Counted from the stretch's first letter, positions 51,301-60,121 are shown. The stretch: DNA of 64,000 bases from an uncultured Planctomycetia bacterium (GCA_964527765.1 CAZGQR010000004.1:83-64082), one strand, 5' to 3'. Translations and numbers: made by a program. Notes: generated from the letters alone by a model not told the origin.

Positions 51301-54300
51301 GCTTGACGGGAAGAGAAAGCAGCTGACGGGTGATCCTAAAAAGATCAAGGAAGCTACCAGAAAGATCCTTGCGGGGGAAGAGGTATCTGAAGATGAAGCA
51401 GGCCCTCTCGGCGAGGTCGTTGCCGAACTTGCCGGAAGGATCATCTCAGGAGAAAAAGTTCCCGAGGACGAGTTTGATCGCATGGCGGATGACATCAACA
51501 GGGCGGTCGCCGACTTTGACATCGATAAATTTAATCAGCAGGTAAAAACGATATCCCGTGAAGCGAATAAGGTAGCTGATGGACTGACGAAGTTGAATGG
51601 CCTTCTGAAGAGAGAGGAGGAACTGCGGATAAGGGAGCAGGGCGTGCCGCAGAGACTCGCCAGGCTTGAATTCGAAAGGTATAAAGTCGACCGGGATTGC
51701 GAACTTCTGTGCAAGAAGATAGAAGACGCGCAGTCCGGCCGCCCGCTCACTCAGGGTATCGTGATCAATAACAGGTATATCGTCATGGAAAAACTGGGCC
51801 AGGGCGGTTTCGGAGCGGTCTACCGCGTTCTTAACAAACAGACAGGCCAGGAGAAGGCCTTGAAGATCATCTTGCCTACCCGGCATATGGATCTTTCCAC
51901 GAGGATGCGGACCATGGCGGCGTTCAACAGGGAAGTGGAGAGCCATAACAGTCTCTGCGAAATACACGCTCAGGTGCCCGTGGTGGAAGCAAGGGGTGGT
52001 TACGCCGGGTCCCCGTATTTCGTAATGTCCCTTGAGAAAGGCCTGACGCTTAAAGAGATACACCAGAAGCTGGTAAACGGCAGTCTGCGGTTGAGCATGC
52101 GCGAAAAACTCATACTTATGCATGCCGTGATGAAAGCGGTTGCGACGATTCACAGCGGGGGATATATTCACAGGGACCTGAAACCAGAAAATATCATGAT
52201 CCCGGCCAACGAGGACGGCACCATAGCGTTTCCGGGCAATATCCATGAGCCTGAATTTCTCGCCAGCACCCGTTATGACGCGTTTGTGAGGAGAGTGACT
52301 ATCCTGGACCTGGGAAGGGCCGTTCGCGGCGAAAAAACCGACGAAGAGGACGATATCGCCCTGATCGAGGATATTAACAGGACCATGGTCACGGGCCAGT
52401 TCATCGTGGGAACGCCGCATTTTATGGCTCCCGAACAGTTCAAAAAAGAAGCTATCAGCAGTTTCGCTGACGTTTACGCCCTGGGGATCACGTTCTATCT
52501 GATCTTCAGCCATCATTACCCCATAGCGGACGGCGAGAGGATGTTCGCGGTCATCGCCTCGAAACATGTGGATATGGAACTGGCCCCGGAACCGCTGTGC
52601 GAAATAATAGAAAGAGAGAACGAAAGACTGCGTCAGGTAAGGGCCCAAAACCGTCTTGTGGACAAAAAGCGTCTGGACGCGATCAGGGAGGACCTGACGG
52701 ACGCGCTGGTAGCGCAGAAAGCCCCGGACAGAAGGGTCATTATCGTCTCATCCAGAAGGGACGGCCGAAGGCGCATGCAGTGGCTTACCGAGGTGCTTGA
52801 CGAAAGCATCCTGAGAGAACGGCTCGCAAGAATGCAGGATCCTGACAGCGGTGAGCGCCTGGTCACCGATGAAGAGATCGACAGGATCGTAGCGCTCGTT
52901 ATCCTCAAGCTTCCACAGACCGACGGCCTCATAGAAGCATTGATCCAGCAGATGCTGGAGAAATACCAGGGAGGGCGCCCGACCACCGAAGATGTGATCC
53001 AGGAGATGGAAAAGTATTTGACCGACAGAAAAGATGCGATGATCTACAGAAGCCGCGATGAAAAGATAAAGGAAGAAGCCCTGGAAGGCGTGGAGACGTC
53101 CCAGGACGCGAAAGCAAGACTGGCCGGGGTGAACAAGAAGATCGGCGAGCTGACGATTCAATATAAAAGCGAAACGGACACGACAAAAAAGGCTAAGATC
53201 AGGAAACTCCTGGAGATACAGGAAAAGAAGGGACAGGTGCTCGAAGAGGCCGCGACAACATTGAGGAGGGAAGGAAGCGTTGTGAGGGCCGCCAAGTGGC
53301 TCCAGAATCATACCGCTCTGCTGGCGGCTGTTGCCGCGGGTGCTGTCCTGCTCCTGGCGGCCATCGTGGCGACCCTTGTCGTTCTGTACCGGTCGGCTGT
53401 CAGTGAAAGGCAGGCCGCGCGCAAAGCTGCCGAGACAGCGAAGGCCGAAAGGACAAAAGCGCTCGAGGACAAGGAAAAAGCCCTGAAAGAGGTCGTAGTA
53501 GCCGAAAGCAGGCTGCAGGAACTTAACAAGATCAAGGAAGAACTCTCGGGGAGCCTGCTCGAGCTGGAGCAAAAGAAGGGTACCGCCCTGAAGGAGCAGG
53601 CCACGTTATCCGAACAGATAAAAGACCTTAAGGAGAGGGCGGAAAAAGCCGCCGAACTTGAGGAAACGATATTAAAGCTGGAAGAGCAGGAAAAGGCCTT
53701 AAAGCAAAAAGAAAAGGAATTGAACGAAAAGGTCGAGAAAACAGAAACCGGGCTCAAAGAAAAGACGGCCGCGCTTGAAAAGGCGCAAAAAGAACTCGCA
53801 AGGTACAGGGAAAGCATGCCGGGTGTTTTCGAGGATGCCAAGGCGAAAGCCGCAAAACTGGAAGCCGACGAGGCCATACATATCATAGAGGTAGGGGGAG
53901 AGCGGTGGTGGTGGAGCATAGACGAGACCACCCTGAAGCAGTTCACGCTCGGGTTCGACGAAGTCTCGAGGATCATGGTAAATAACGGCCAGTTCGATGA
54001 AGCCATCAGACTGGAGGAAAGAAGGATAGATTGGCTGGTCGATATGGCCGACTGGCGAGACACGGAAGCGGAAAAACTTTCCTTTGTAAAGGAAATAATA
54101 AAAAGTCAGGTTGCCGTAATAAATATTCACAGGGCGAAAGGAAGTTACGACGCGGCAGAGAAGCTTGCAAAGGAACTTATGAATAAGAACGAATACAAGG
54201 CATCGAAGGAGTGGATGGAGCTTTTGAGGGATTGTCTCATCGAGGTAGTTCTCGAAAATGCCGCGCTGGAGACGATACCTGCGAAGAGACAACAGAAATT

Positions 54301-57300
54301 GCTGGAAGCGGAAAAGCTGGTCAAACAGGTCGAATCCGAGGAAAAAAGAAATCTTCATCTCGGAAATATTTTCCTTATCAGGCCGGATCTCGGGAATGCC
54401 TTAAAGTATTTTGAGACCTATTACAACCTCTGGTTGAAAAAAGCCGGAGAAGAAGGGATATCCGCCGGCGTGAAAAACCAAAGGCAGCATGAAGCGGCTC
54501 AAGGGATCTTGTTAAGCGCGGTGACCCATAAAATGCAGGCCGAGATCCATAAAGGCAAAAACGACCCCGAAAATATGGAAAAAGCCTGTGATGCCGCGGA
54601 AAAACTGCTGGAAAAGATAGTAAAAGAGTTTGCCAAAGATAAAGACATCCAGGCCTGGGCGCTATTCTTGAAAGGTGAGACAGCGCGTCTTAAAGGAGAC
54701 CTGGAAAGATCAAAAGGGATATACGAGCAGGCGGAGTTCAGCGCGCATGATACCGAACAAAAATTGCTGGCAGCGATCATTTGCGCAAGGCTCGGGAAAA
54801 AAATCGCATGGAACAACATGACAAAGACCTGGGAGGCGCTGATATCAGGGAAGATCCCCGTCCCCGCGCCGTATATAAAGGAAGTCAAGGAGCTGCTCGT
54901 GGAAGGGACAGAAAAATACCGCAAGGGCATCGAAGATGCTAAACGCAGGGCGGAAGAAGAAAGGATAAAAGAAGAGCTCAGAAAGAAGCAGGAAGCCGAA
55001 GCGAAAGAGATCAGGAAAGAGGCACTGGAAGGCGTGGAGAAGGCAAAGGACGCGGAGAATAAACTGGTTCAGATAAACAGCGAGATCGCCGCGTTGGAAG
55101 CCGCGCTGGACAAGGAACAGGACGAATCGAAAAGAAAGGATATTCAGAAACAGCTGGACAGGGCGAAGAAAAAGAAACAGGTGCTTGGGGCGGAAAAAGA
55201 AAAGCTGGAAAAACAGGAAGCCGAAAGTAAAGCCAGGGAAGAGTTCAGGAAAAAGGTATTAGAAGGCATAAAGACATCGAAAGACGCAAAAGTCAGGCTG
55301 GTCGGGATCAACAAGGAGATCGGCACCCTGACGGGCAACCTGCGCACGGAAGAGAATAAAAGCAAAAGAGCGCAGATGGAAAAACAGCTGCAGGAGGCAA
55401 AAGAGAAAAAGAAAATACTGGAAGAAGCCAGGGACAGGCTGGAAAAAGAGGAAGCCGAGCGCAAAGCGGAAGAGGAGTTCAGGAAAGAGGTCCTGAAGAA
55501 CGTGAAAACGCCGGCGGACGCGGAAGCCGAACTTACCAAAATCAACGCCGAGATCGGCACGCTCAAAGGCAAGCTGGGCGCGACGGAAGACCAGCCCGAG
55601 AAGGAAGAGATCCAGAAACAGCTGGACAGGGCAGAGAAGGCGAAAAAGGTGCTGGAAGAGGAAAAGAAAGCCCTGGAGGAAAGAGAGGCGGAAGCCGAGC
55701 GCAAAGCGGAAGAAGAGTTCAGAAAAGAGGTCCTGAAGGATATTAAGACACTGGCGGAAGCAAAGGCCAGACTGGAGGGGCTGAATAAAGATATAGGAAC
55801 GCTGACGGATAAGCTGTCCTCGGCAAAGGATGAGGAAAAAGCGGAAATAGAGTCAGGATTGGAAAAAGCAAAGAAGACAAAACAAGTGCTTGAAGAGGCC
55901 ATAAAGAAGCTGGAGGAGGCCAGGCCCGAGAAGGAGACCCCCGATCCCGATAAAACCCCGGAACCCGGGAAAAAAGACGCTTCACAATCAGGCATGGCCC
56001 CGGTTCCGCAGATACCTATCGCAAATGATGTTTCCAGAGCGCCTGACCACAGGCTGCTCAATGCCGTTATCAAGTGCGCCATTGATGAGGCATTGTTCGA
56101 CCGTCTCGAAAAGCGGGATGATGACACGATCACGGTCTTTGTTTTCGGGGACGATAGCTGCAGGAATTTTGGCGATGTTTATGAGCGCCTGGAGAACAAG
56201 GTAAGGGTGAGCGAGATGTTCAAGGCGGCGTGCAGGGCTGACAGCGTGCCGTCGGAAATAATGCCCATGCTGCACGAGACCGGGATGGCAAACCTTCATA
56301 ATGTTTCGGGCCATGCCGGCATTGAAAATTCGACGATTTATGCCGTAAAAGGCGTTCCGAACCTGGAAGTTCTCATAAATCATGAAAAAGAGGAAATGAG
56401 GATTCATCAGAAGCACGCGGCCGGGTTCGCCGGCCTTGGTTCGTGGGAAGAAGTCCCGAAAATCGAACGGCGCGGTCTCATACAATTAATGAGGAAACGA
56501 GGAGGCGGGTGCAATGTTTTTGCCATGTTCGCCCACAAGCGGGCTAACAAAAAATTCCCGGTTTCCGGGAACAGCGAACTTATTCCGGACAGCATGGAAG
56601 AAAGAAAATTGGCCGATACTATAGGAAAACATTATCAGGTCCCCGTGGCCGGGGGAGCTGAAACACGGGAAGACTTGACCCCCGGGGCGGCCCTAAAAGC
56701 TCTTTTGGGGATCGTAAAGAAGATCTCGGGTAAACTGGTCTCTTCTTTTGCTCCGGCTCCGGTAAAGTGCCTTCGGGATCGTTCCCGCACGGATGCCGGA
56801 GAAGGTGTTATCATCTTTGCTGATGATATCGTGGACCACTCCGCGGTATTTGACCTGGACAGGGTGGCCAAAACCATGGGCAGGCCCGAAAGCATCCTGC
56901 GCACGGTCGTGCTATACGCGAAGAACGCAAAAAAGGCCGAGCTTGTCGCAGAAATAATAAAGAACGCCAATCCGAAGGCCGACGTCGAGATGATCCTGGA
57001 TAAGGATGTCAGGGAACATTACGACGAGGAGTATTATTCGACGTCGCAGGTAGAAGCTGTCGTGCGATATTCGATGAACAGGAAAAGCGGGATATTCACG
57101 CAAGCCAGCCAGATACTCGGCGTCATAAGAGGCCCTCTTTCGGCGGGTGAGAGTGAGGAAGCCCTGAGAGAGGAGCTTAAGAGAAGTTCGCTGAGAGTTC
57201 CCGTGGTTATTTTTGAAAATAGCGCCAAAGGCAATATTTATTCCGTGATGCAGGCCCTGGCGAAACTCATTGAACGCGGACGCCTTTCAGAGGACGGATG

Positions 57301-57400
57301 GCTCTTTGTCCTCCCCCCGATCACGCGCATTTCCGACATTCTGCAGAAAGAATACGAGCTGTACAGGACCATGGTCAAGGCCCTGGAAGCGGCAGCATAA
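48329..57400 (+). CDS. Giant 3,023-aa multidomain protein: signal peptide, N-region of about 1,100 aa with no recognised domain, Hanks-type Ser/Thr kinase domain, TM helix, tandem coiled-coil repeats, and C-domain of about 450 aa with no recognised domain
   Basis: Uninterrupted 9,072-nt ORF. Signal peptide MLKLRELKVIALAVVIAFSFQNLTYA. Kinase motifs GQGGFGAVY / ALKII / HRDLKPEN / DLG / MAPEQF at aa about 1150-1420. TM LLAAVAAGAVLLLAAIVATLVVLY at aa about 1663-1688. Repeats are E/K-rich, about 75 aa each. Confidence 0.85.
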   Translation: MLKLRELKVIALAVVIAFSFQNLTYANPDLFAKNNRQASDTLAPEGRFQNYGVEAQSLMFLVRAAQEVLAKNIRPEKVTDFIKNSPALTPEIEEKIDFGLVNIVGDKSNKLQVGYRGEQGTHVITFSEKPEHIRGRMPDSAGRVQIANIIVEIDVPSKGIEQPGQAPEGGARDTLIDEAEGDITGASEGDTAIHSGKRHEGKKQFRGIFGIGYGRWLAKKVSGVFGKWHVKREPGVNDVIRKYWRKGKPLKGCSACSPEEMSSIMAAIYATMSGKKVGTSIIANVYKVYIYDIGRRDFSGGVTTHFGIRTGTIHITKEEYERLKKLDEREHEKLESSDEIHFYHLAARIAHEVTEIDSWRKKAKDLVAEKAIDRLGSIKSKYSDDWANGIRKWIRDNCNTSGKGAAQRLDREFHRKGFDREACILAESLLAENILARKGISDKEKYYETVMKLSREFLENGKYDDLVADLGSSVRIPRGKRREAFDSIVNTLKHFDDTRGREVFINVLYAKASFEYIRALDGGVDSLLQKDWSFKDKSRGLARRMDILRESLEKVKYIDSVSREEIETWIDETGTKIRVPPPGIDAREVDALISIFMEVRKLLSGRNHMQEWDKIYPSVFGPEDPAREPDIIGASDPGESPDIANSDPKGPEDTIRAPSPIEPDEIKIIDFGLGEMKSEIISESISPQNGPVKPPMDTDAVLNILEKYKNWNYRSVKGRSTEKREMTTGRSRMKDTSRKQKETSRKLETTQETAGYKYISRFSDDAILREKVKKARGSARDLMNNPLILRLTEGSRDFRMYYGSSTGYFDVLDVRKDYPHILDITILVDGKRDPILRAYGQEEIKKISEGISAEFSDVNRFNLTVVGIEDMREAFRKGSSMSSEKSADLQRLFIKLYKEDIQIAGSNLIDESSGFLSELDHFERIYIAELVSKFTQMAAIREDMEGLERHIGLSADEKQELKKLRENHNKTKLKIGELETQQERVNNAMEALDGKRKQLTGDPKKIKEATRKILAGEEVSEDEAGPLGEVVAELAGRIISGEKVPEDEFDRMADDINRAVADFDIDKFNQQVKTISREANKVADGLTKLNGLLKREEELRIREQGVPQRLARLEFERYKVDRDCELLCKKIEDAQSGRPLTQGIVINNRYIVMEKLGQGGFGAVYRVLNKQTGQEKALKIILPTRHMDLSTRMRTMAAFNREVESHNSLCEIHAQVPVVEARGGYAGSPYFVMSLEKGLTLKEIHQKLVNGSLRLSMREKLILMHAVMKAVATIHSGGYIHRDLKPENIMIPANEDGTIAFPGNIHEPEFLASTRYDAFVRRVTILDLGRAVRGEKTDEEDDIALIEDINRTMVTGQFIVGTPHFMAPEQFKKEAISSFADVYALGITFYLIFSHHYPIADGERMFAVIASKHVDMELAPEPLCEIIERENERLRQVRAQNRLVDKKRLDAIREDLTDALVAQKAPDRRVIIVSSRRDGRRRMQWLTEVLDESILRERLARMQDPDSGERLVTDEEIDRIVALVILKLPQTDGLIEALIQQMLEKYQGGRPTTEDVIQEMEKYLTDRKDAMIYRSRDEKIKEEALEGVETSQDAKARLAGVNKKIGELTIQYKSETDTTKKAKIRKLLEIQEKKGQVLEEAATTLRREGSVVRAAKWLQNHTALLAAVAAGAVLLLAAIVATLVVLYRSAVSERQAARKAAETAKAERTKALEDKEKALKEVVVAESRLQELNKIKEELSGSLLELEQKKGTALKEQATLSEQIKDLKERAEKAAELEETILKLEEQEKALKQKEKELNEKVEKTETGLKEKTAALEKAQKELARYRESMPGVFEDAKAKAAKLEADEAIHIIEVGGERWWWSIDETTLKQFTLGFDEVSRIMVNNGQFDEAIRLEERRIDWLVDMADWRDTEAEKLSFVKEIIKSQVAVINIHRAKGSYDAAEKLAKELMNKNEYKASKEWMELLRDCLIEVVLENAALETIPAKRQQKLLEAEKLVKQVESEEKRNLHLGNIFLIRPDLGNALKYFETYYNLWLKKAGEEGISAGVKNQRQHEAAQGILLSAVTHKMQAEIHKGKNDPENMEKACDAAEKLLEKIVKEFAKDKDIQAWALFLKGETARLKGDLERSKGIYEQAEFSAHDTEQKLLAAIICARLGKKIAWNNMTKTWEALISGKIPVPAPYIKEVKELLVEGTEKYRKGIEDAKRRAEEERIKEELRKKQEAEAKEIRKEALEGVEKAKDAENKLVQINSEIAALEAALDKEQDESKRKDIQKQLDRAKKKKQVLGAEKEKLEKQEAESKAREEFRKKVLEGIKTSKDAKVRLVGINKEIGTLTGNLRTEENKSKRAQMEKQLQEAKEKKKILEEARDRLEKEEAERKAEEEFRKEVLKNVKTPADAEAELTKINAEIGTLKGKLGATEDQPEKEEIQKQLDRAEKAKKVLEEEKKALEEREAEAERKAEEEFRKEVLKDIKTLAEAKARLEGLNKDIGTLTDKLSSAKDEEKAEIESGLEKAKKTKQVLEEAIKKLEEARPEKETPDPDKTPEPGKKDASQSGMAPVPQIPIANDVSRAPDHRLLNAVIKCAIDEALFDRLEKRDDDTITVFVFGDDSCRNFGDVYERLENKVRVSEMFKAACRADSVPSEIMPMLHETGMANLHNVSGHAGIENSTIYAVKGVPNLEVLINHEKEEMRIHQKHAAGFAGLGSWEEVPKIERRGLIQLMRKRGGGCNVFAMFAHKRANKKFPVSGNSELIPDSMEERKLADTIGKHYQVPVAGGAETREDLTPGAALKALLGIVKKISGKLVSSFAPAPVKCLRDRSRTDAGEGVIIFADDIVDHSAVFDLDRVAKTMGRPESILRTVVLYAKNAKKAELVAEIIKNANPKADVEMILDKDVREHYDEEYYSTSQVEAVVRYSMNRKSGIFTQASQILGVIRGPLSAGESEEALREELKRSSLRVPVVIFENSAKGNIYSVMQALAKLIERGRLSEDGWLFVLPPITRISDILQKEYELYRTMVKALEAAA
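54963..55935 (+). repeat. About four tandem copies of a coiled-coil repeat of about 225-240 nt (75-80 aa) within the giant gene
   Basis: Repeated EEFRKEVLK..K...A.A.L..IN.EIGTL.G.L......K..I.KQLD.A.K.K.VLEE...LE..EAE.KA units, with recurring nt strings such as GAAGAGTTCAGGAAAGAGGTCCTGAAG. A diverged copy lies before the TM helix at about 53065-53275. A spurious antisense ORF at 55144-56133 is a by-product. Confidence 0.75.
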
Positions 57401-57496
57401 TATTCCCGAAGTGGATCCTCCCTGTACGGGGATATGCCGCACTCTTAAAGCTGAAGTCAGCAGCATCTTTTACGCTATCCAATTTAAAAAACATTG

Positions 57497-57525
57497 TTGC
57501 AATCAAAAGAATGTGTTAATATAAT
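57497..57525 (+). promoter_or_regulatory. sigma70-like promoter (TTGCAA - 17 nt - TATAAT) upstream of the glycine-zipper gene
   Basis: -35 at 57497-57502 and -10 at 57520-57525. SD CCAAGGAGGG precedes the ATG at 57570. Confidence 0.4.
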
Positions 57526-57569
57526 ATTTATTCTTAGCGGATAAACTTGTTAAGCCAAGGAGGGAATGT

Positions 57570-57968
57570 ATGAATATGAGGTTACTGGTATGCCTGATGA
57601 TCATTGCCGTTATGGTCGCACTGCCTCTTGATGAGGGCCATGCCGCGCGGAAAAGTTCCTCTTCCGATATTATCCGGTCCGGGCTCCTGGGCGCGGGTGC
57701 CGGTGCTGTCGGCGGCGCAGCCTCCGGGGCCAAGGGCGGCGATCTATGGAAAGGCGCTCTCGCCGGCGCAGGCGTAAATATCGTGGGCGGCGCGCTTCTT
57801 GATTCCATGAGCGGGGAACATGTGAGTGACGTGGAAGACGTCGATTCCGTGAGCCCCCGGACAGCATATTCGGACGGATATGAATCCGGCTATGCCAACG
57901 GATACAAGAAAGGATACACGGAAGGTTATAAAGAGGGCCTGAAAGAAGCGTATAAGAAGGGCGATTAA
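57570..57968 (+). CDS. Secreted glycine-zipper protein
   Basis: Signal peptide MNMRLLVCLMIIAVMVALPL, followed by GLLGAGAGAVGGAASGAKGG....GALAGAGVNIVGGALL GxxxG-zipper repeats, and a Tyr/Gly/Lys-rich C-terminus. Confidence 0.55.
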   Translation: MNMRLLVCLMIIAVMVALPLDEGHAARKSSSSDIIRSGLLGAGAGAVGGAASGAKGGDLWKGALAGAGVNIVGGALLDSMSGEHVSDVEDVDSVSPRTAYSDGYESGYANGYKKGYTEGYKEGLKEAYKKGD

Positions 57969-57996
57969 GCGGTATCCGGAAGGAAGCGGTTACGGC

Positions 57997-59202
57997 ATGA
58001 AAAGAAAAAAAAGCGCGGCAAAAAAAAAGACGAAAAAGATTCCCCGAGGGATCGGCCAAAAAAACGCGAAGATCCTGAAAGAAGCGGATTCGCTTCTTAA
58101 ATCCCTGATCGACAAGGAAAAGGAGATAATCAAAACCGAAGACGCGCTCGTTGAGTCCATGAGACGCTTTCGTGACCTTTTCGAACAATCACCCATCGGC
58201 GTAGGGATCAATGATACGAAGGGAGAGGTACTGATCGTCAATAAAGCCTACCTGGAGATATTCGGGTTGAAATCCTTCGCTGATATAACGCATCAGAACC
58301 TGTTCAGTGACCTGAGATTGCCGCCGGGAGATAAGAAAAGGATCCGATCCGGGCATGTTGTCCAGTATGAGAGCGAATATGATTTTAACAATGCCGGTTT
58401 CTCCACAAGCCGGGAAGGCACAAGGTATATTCTCTTTACCATTTCTCCTCTTTTCAGGGAAAAAGAGATAATAGGGTATATGGTCCAGATCCAGGATAGT
58501 ACGGAACGCAGGAAGGTGGCGGAATCCCAGAGGCTGGCCCAGCTGGGACGGCTGCTCTCGGACATGGCACACGAAGTAAACAACCCGCTGATGATCATTT
58601 CCGGCAGGGCCGAGCTTGCCCTACTGGAGGGGGTGGGAGACGAGAAAGTCAGAGATATCCTGAGCGTCATACTGGACCAGTGTTTCTTTGCCAAGAGCAT
58701 TATTCAGAGACTGCTGAAGTATTCCCGGATCGGTAAGGTGGAAAAAAGACCGGTTGACATGCGGAAAGCACTTGATCTTATAATCGATATTCTCCAGCAT
58801 CATTTTAAAATGTCCAACATCGTGCTCAAGAAGGATCTGGAACCCGATCTTCCGATGGTTACGGTGAATGAAAAGCAGATACAGGAAGTGTTCATGAATA
58901 TCCTGCGGAATTCCGCTGATGCCATGCCGCAGGGAGGCATAATCACTATAAGCGCGATGAAGGAAAAAGATTTCCTCAGGATAGACGTCCGGGATACCGG
59001 GGAAGGCATGGTCCCGGAGGTGCTTGAAAGGATCTTCGAACCTTTTTTCACGACCAGGCAGAAAGGCACCGGACTGGGGCTGGCAGTATGTCATACCATA
59101 ATGCAGGAGCACAGCGGTTACCTGAGCTATAAAAGCAAAGTAGGCGAGGGGACGACGGCGACGATATTGCTGCCCATCGGATATTCCCCCGCGTCTTATT
59201 GA
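57997..59202 (+). CDS. PAS-domain sensor histidine kinase (cytoplasmic)
   Basis: Lys-rich N-terminus, PAS region (FEQSPIGVGINDTKGEVLIVNKAYLEIFG), HisKA H-box (MAHEVNNPL), and HATPase_c N/G boxes (NILRNSADAM; DTGEGM; GTGLGL). Confidence 0.8.
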   Translation: MKRKKSAAKKKTKKIPRGIGQKNAKILKEADSLLKSLIDKEKEIIKTEDALVESMRRFRDLFEQSPIGVGINDTKGEVLIVNKAYLEIFGLKSFADITHQNLFSDLRLPPGDKKRIRSGHVVQYESEYDFNNAGFSTSREGTRYILFTISPLFREKEIIGYMVQIQDSTERRKVAESQRLAQLGRLLSDMAHEVNNPLMIISGRAELALLEGVGDEKVRDILSVILDQCFFAKSIIQRLLKYSRIGKVEKRPVDMRKALDLIIDILQHHFKMSNIVLKKDLEPDLPMVTVNEKQIQEVFMNILRNSADAMPQGGIITISAMKEKDFLRIDVRDTGEGMVPEVLERIFEPFFTTRQKGTGLGLAVCHTIMQEHSGYLSYKSKVGEGTTATILLPIGYSPASY

Positions 59203-59215
59203 GGGAGAGCAGTAG

Positions 59216-59626
59216 ATGCGCGGCAAGAACATTCTGGTGATCGATGATGAGCGGCAGATAGTGGAGATACTGGATAATTTTTTGACGCTGCAGGGGTTTA
59301 AGGTCAAAAAAGCATATGACGGGCAGCAGGGACTGGACATACTGAAAAGCGGCAAACAGGTGGATCTTATAATCCTGGATGAGAAGATGCCGGGTATGGG
59401 GGGCACGGTCTTTTTTAAAGAGGTGAAGAAACTCGAAATAGATGTGCCGGTGATAGTCCTGACCGGTTCCGTCACCATGTCACAGATAGACCATTCAGTC
59501 AAAAAGGAATATAAGCATATACTTGTCAAGCCAGTCCGTCTTTCCGAACTCCTGGAGCTTATGAATAAATTATTAGCTTCAAAGGCAAAAGGTCGATCCG
59601 GCCGGAAAGCAAAAAAGAGCAAGTGA
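59216..59626 (+). CDS. Single-domain response regulator (CheY-like receiver)
   Basis: ILVIDDE....DLIILDEKMPGMGG, with conserved receiver Asp positions and a T/K pattern. 136 aa, no output domain. Confidence 0.85.
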   Translation: MRGKNILVIDDERQIVEILDNFLTLQGFKVKKAYDGQQGLDILKSGKQVDLIILDEKMPGMGGTVFFKEVKKLEIDVPVIVLTGSVTMSQIDHSVKKEYKHILVKPVRLSELLELMNKLLASKAKGRSGRKAKKSK

Positions 59627-59704
59627 GTTTGATCTGCGCAAACCGCTTACTGTTTCCCGATAATCTTATCCGGGTAGTTTCAGGGACGTTTTAAGGGGGG
59701 AGAT

Positions 59705-60094
59705 ATGAAGGTCATTTTCGGCGCACTATACGCGCTTCTTTTCATGGCCGCGGTGCTTTTCCGGGGGGTCCCGGCGGCATGCTTTGCCGGAGAATATGAA
59801 TTATCCGCGGATCCGCGGCTGGCAGAGCCGAGAAAAAGTTTTGAACAGGCACAGGAGTATATAGAAAAGGGGAATAAAGAGTTCGGGCGGCGCACGGGCC
59901 TTGCGCAGAAGATGTTCGAACACGCGGAAGACTATTTTCTGAAAGCGGAATTTCTTTACAAGGAGCTGGGCCAGAAGCACGGGATCGATGTAAGTCATGA
60001 GGTCGCCGCATGCGAAAGGTCGTACCGTGATGCCCATGTAATGGTCGGCAAGGCGAAGAAGAAGAGCAGGCAGGGCAAAGGCGCCGGCCTGTAA
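59705..60094 (+). CDS. Hypothetical secreted protein
   Basis: Signal peptide MKVIFGALYALLFMAAVLF. No recognisable domain. 129 aa. Confidence 0.4.
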   Translation: MKVIFGALYALLFMAAVLFRGVPAACFAGEYELSADPRLAEPRKSFEQAQEYIEKGNKEFGRRTGLAQKMFEHAEDYFLKAEFLYKELGQKHGIDVSHEVAACERSYRDAHVMVGKAKKKSRQGKGAGL

Positions 60095-60121
60095 TCATTA
60101 TTAACGTAAAGGAGATCAAGC

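Noticed and set aside
55144-56133. 329-aa minus-strand ORF inside the giant gene
   Set aside because: A Ser/Ala/Phe-rich low-complexity translation produced by the reverse complement of the E/K-rich coiled-coil repeats. A repeat artefact.
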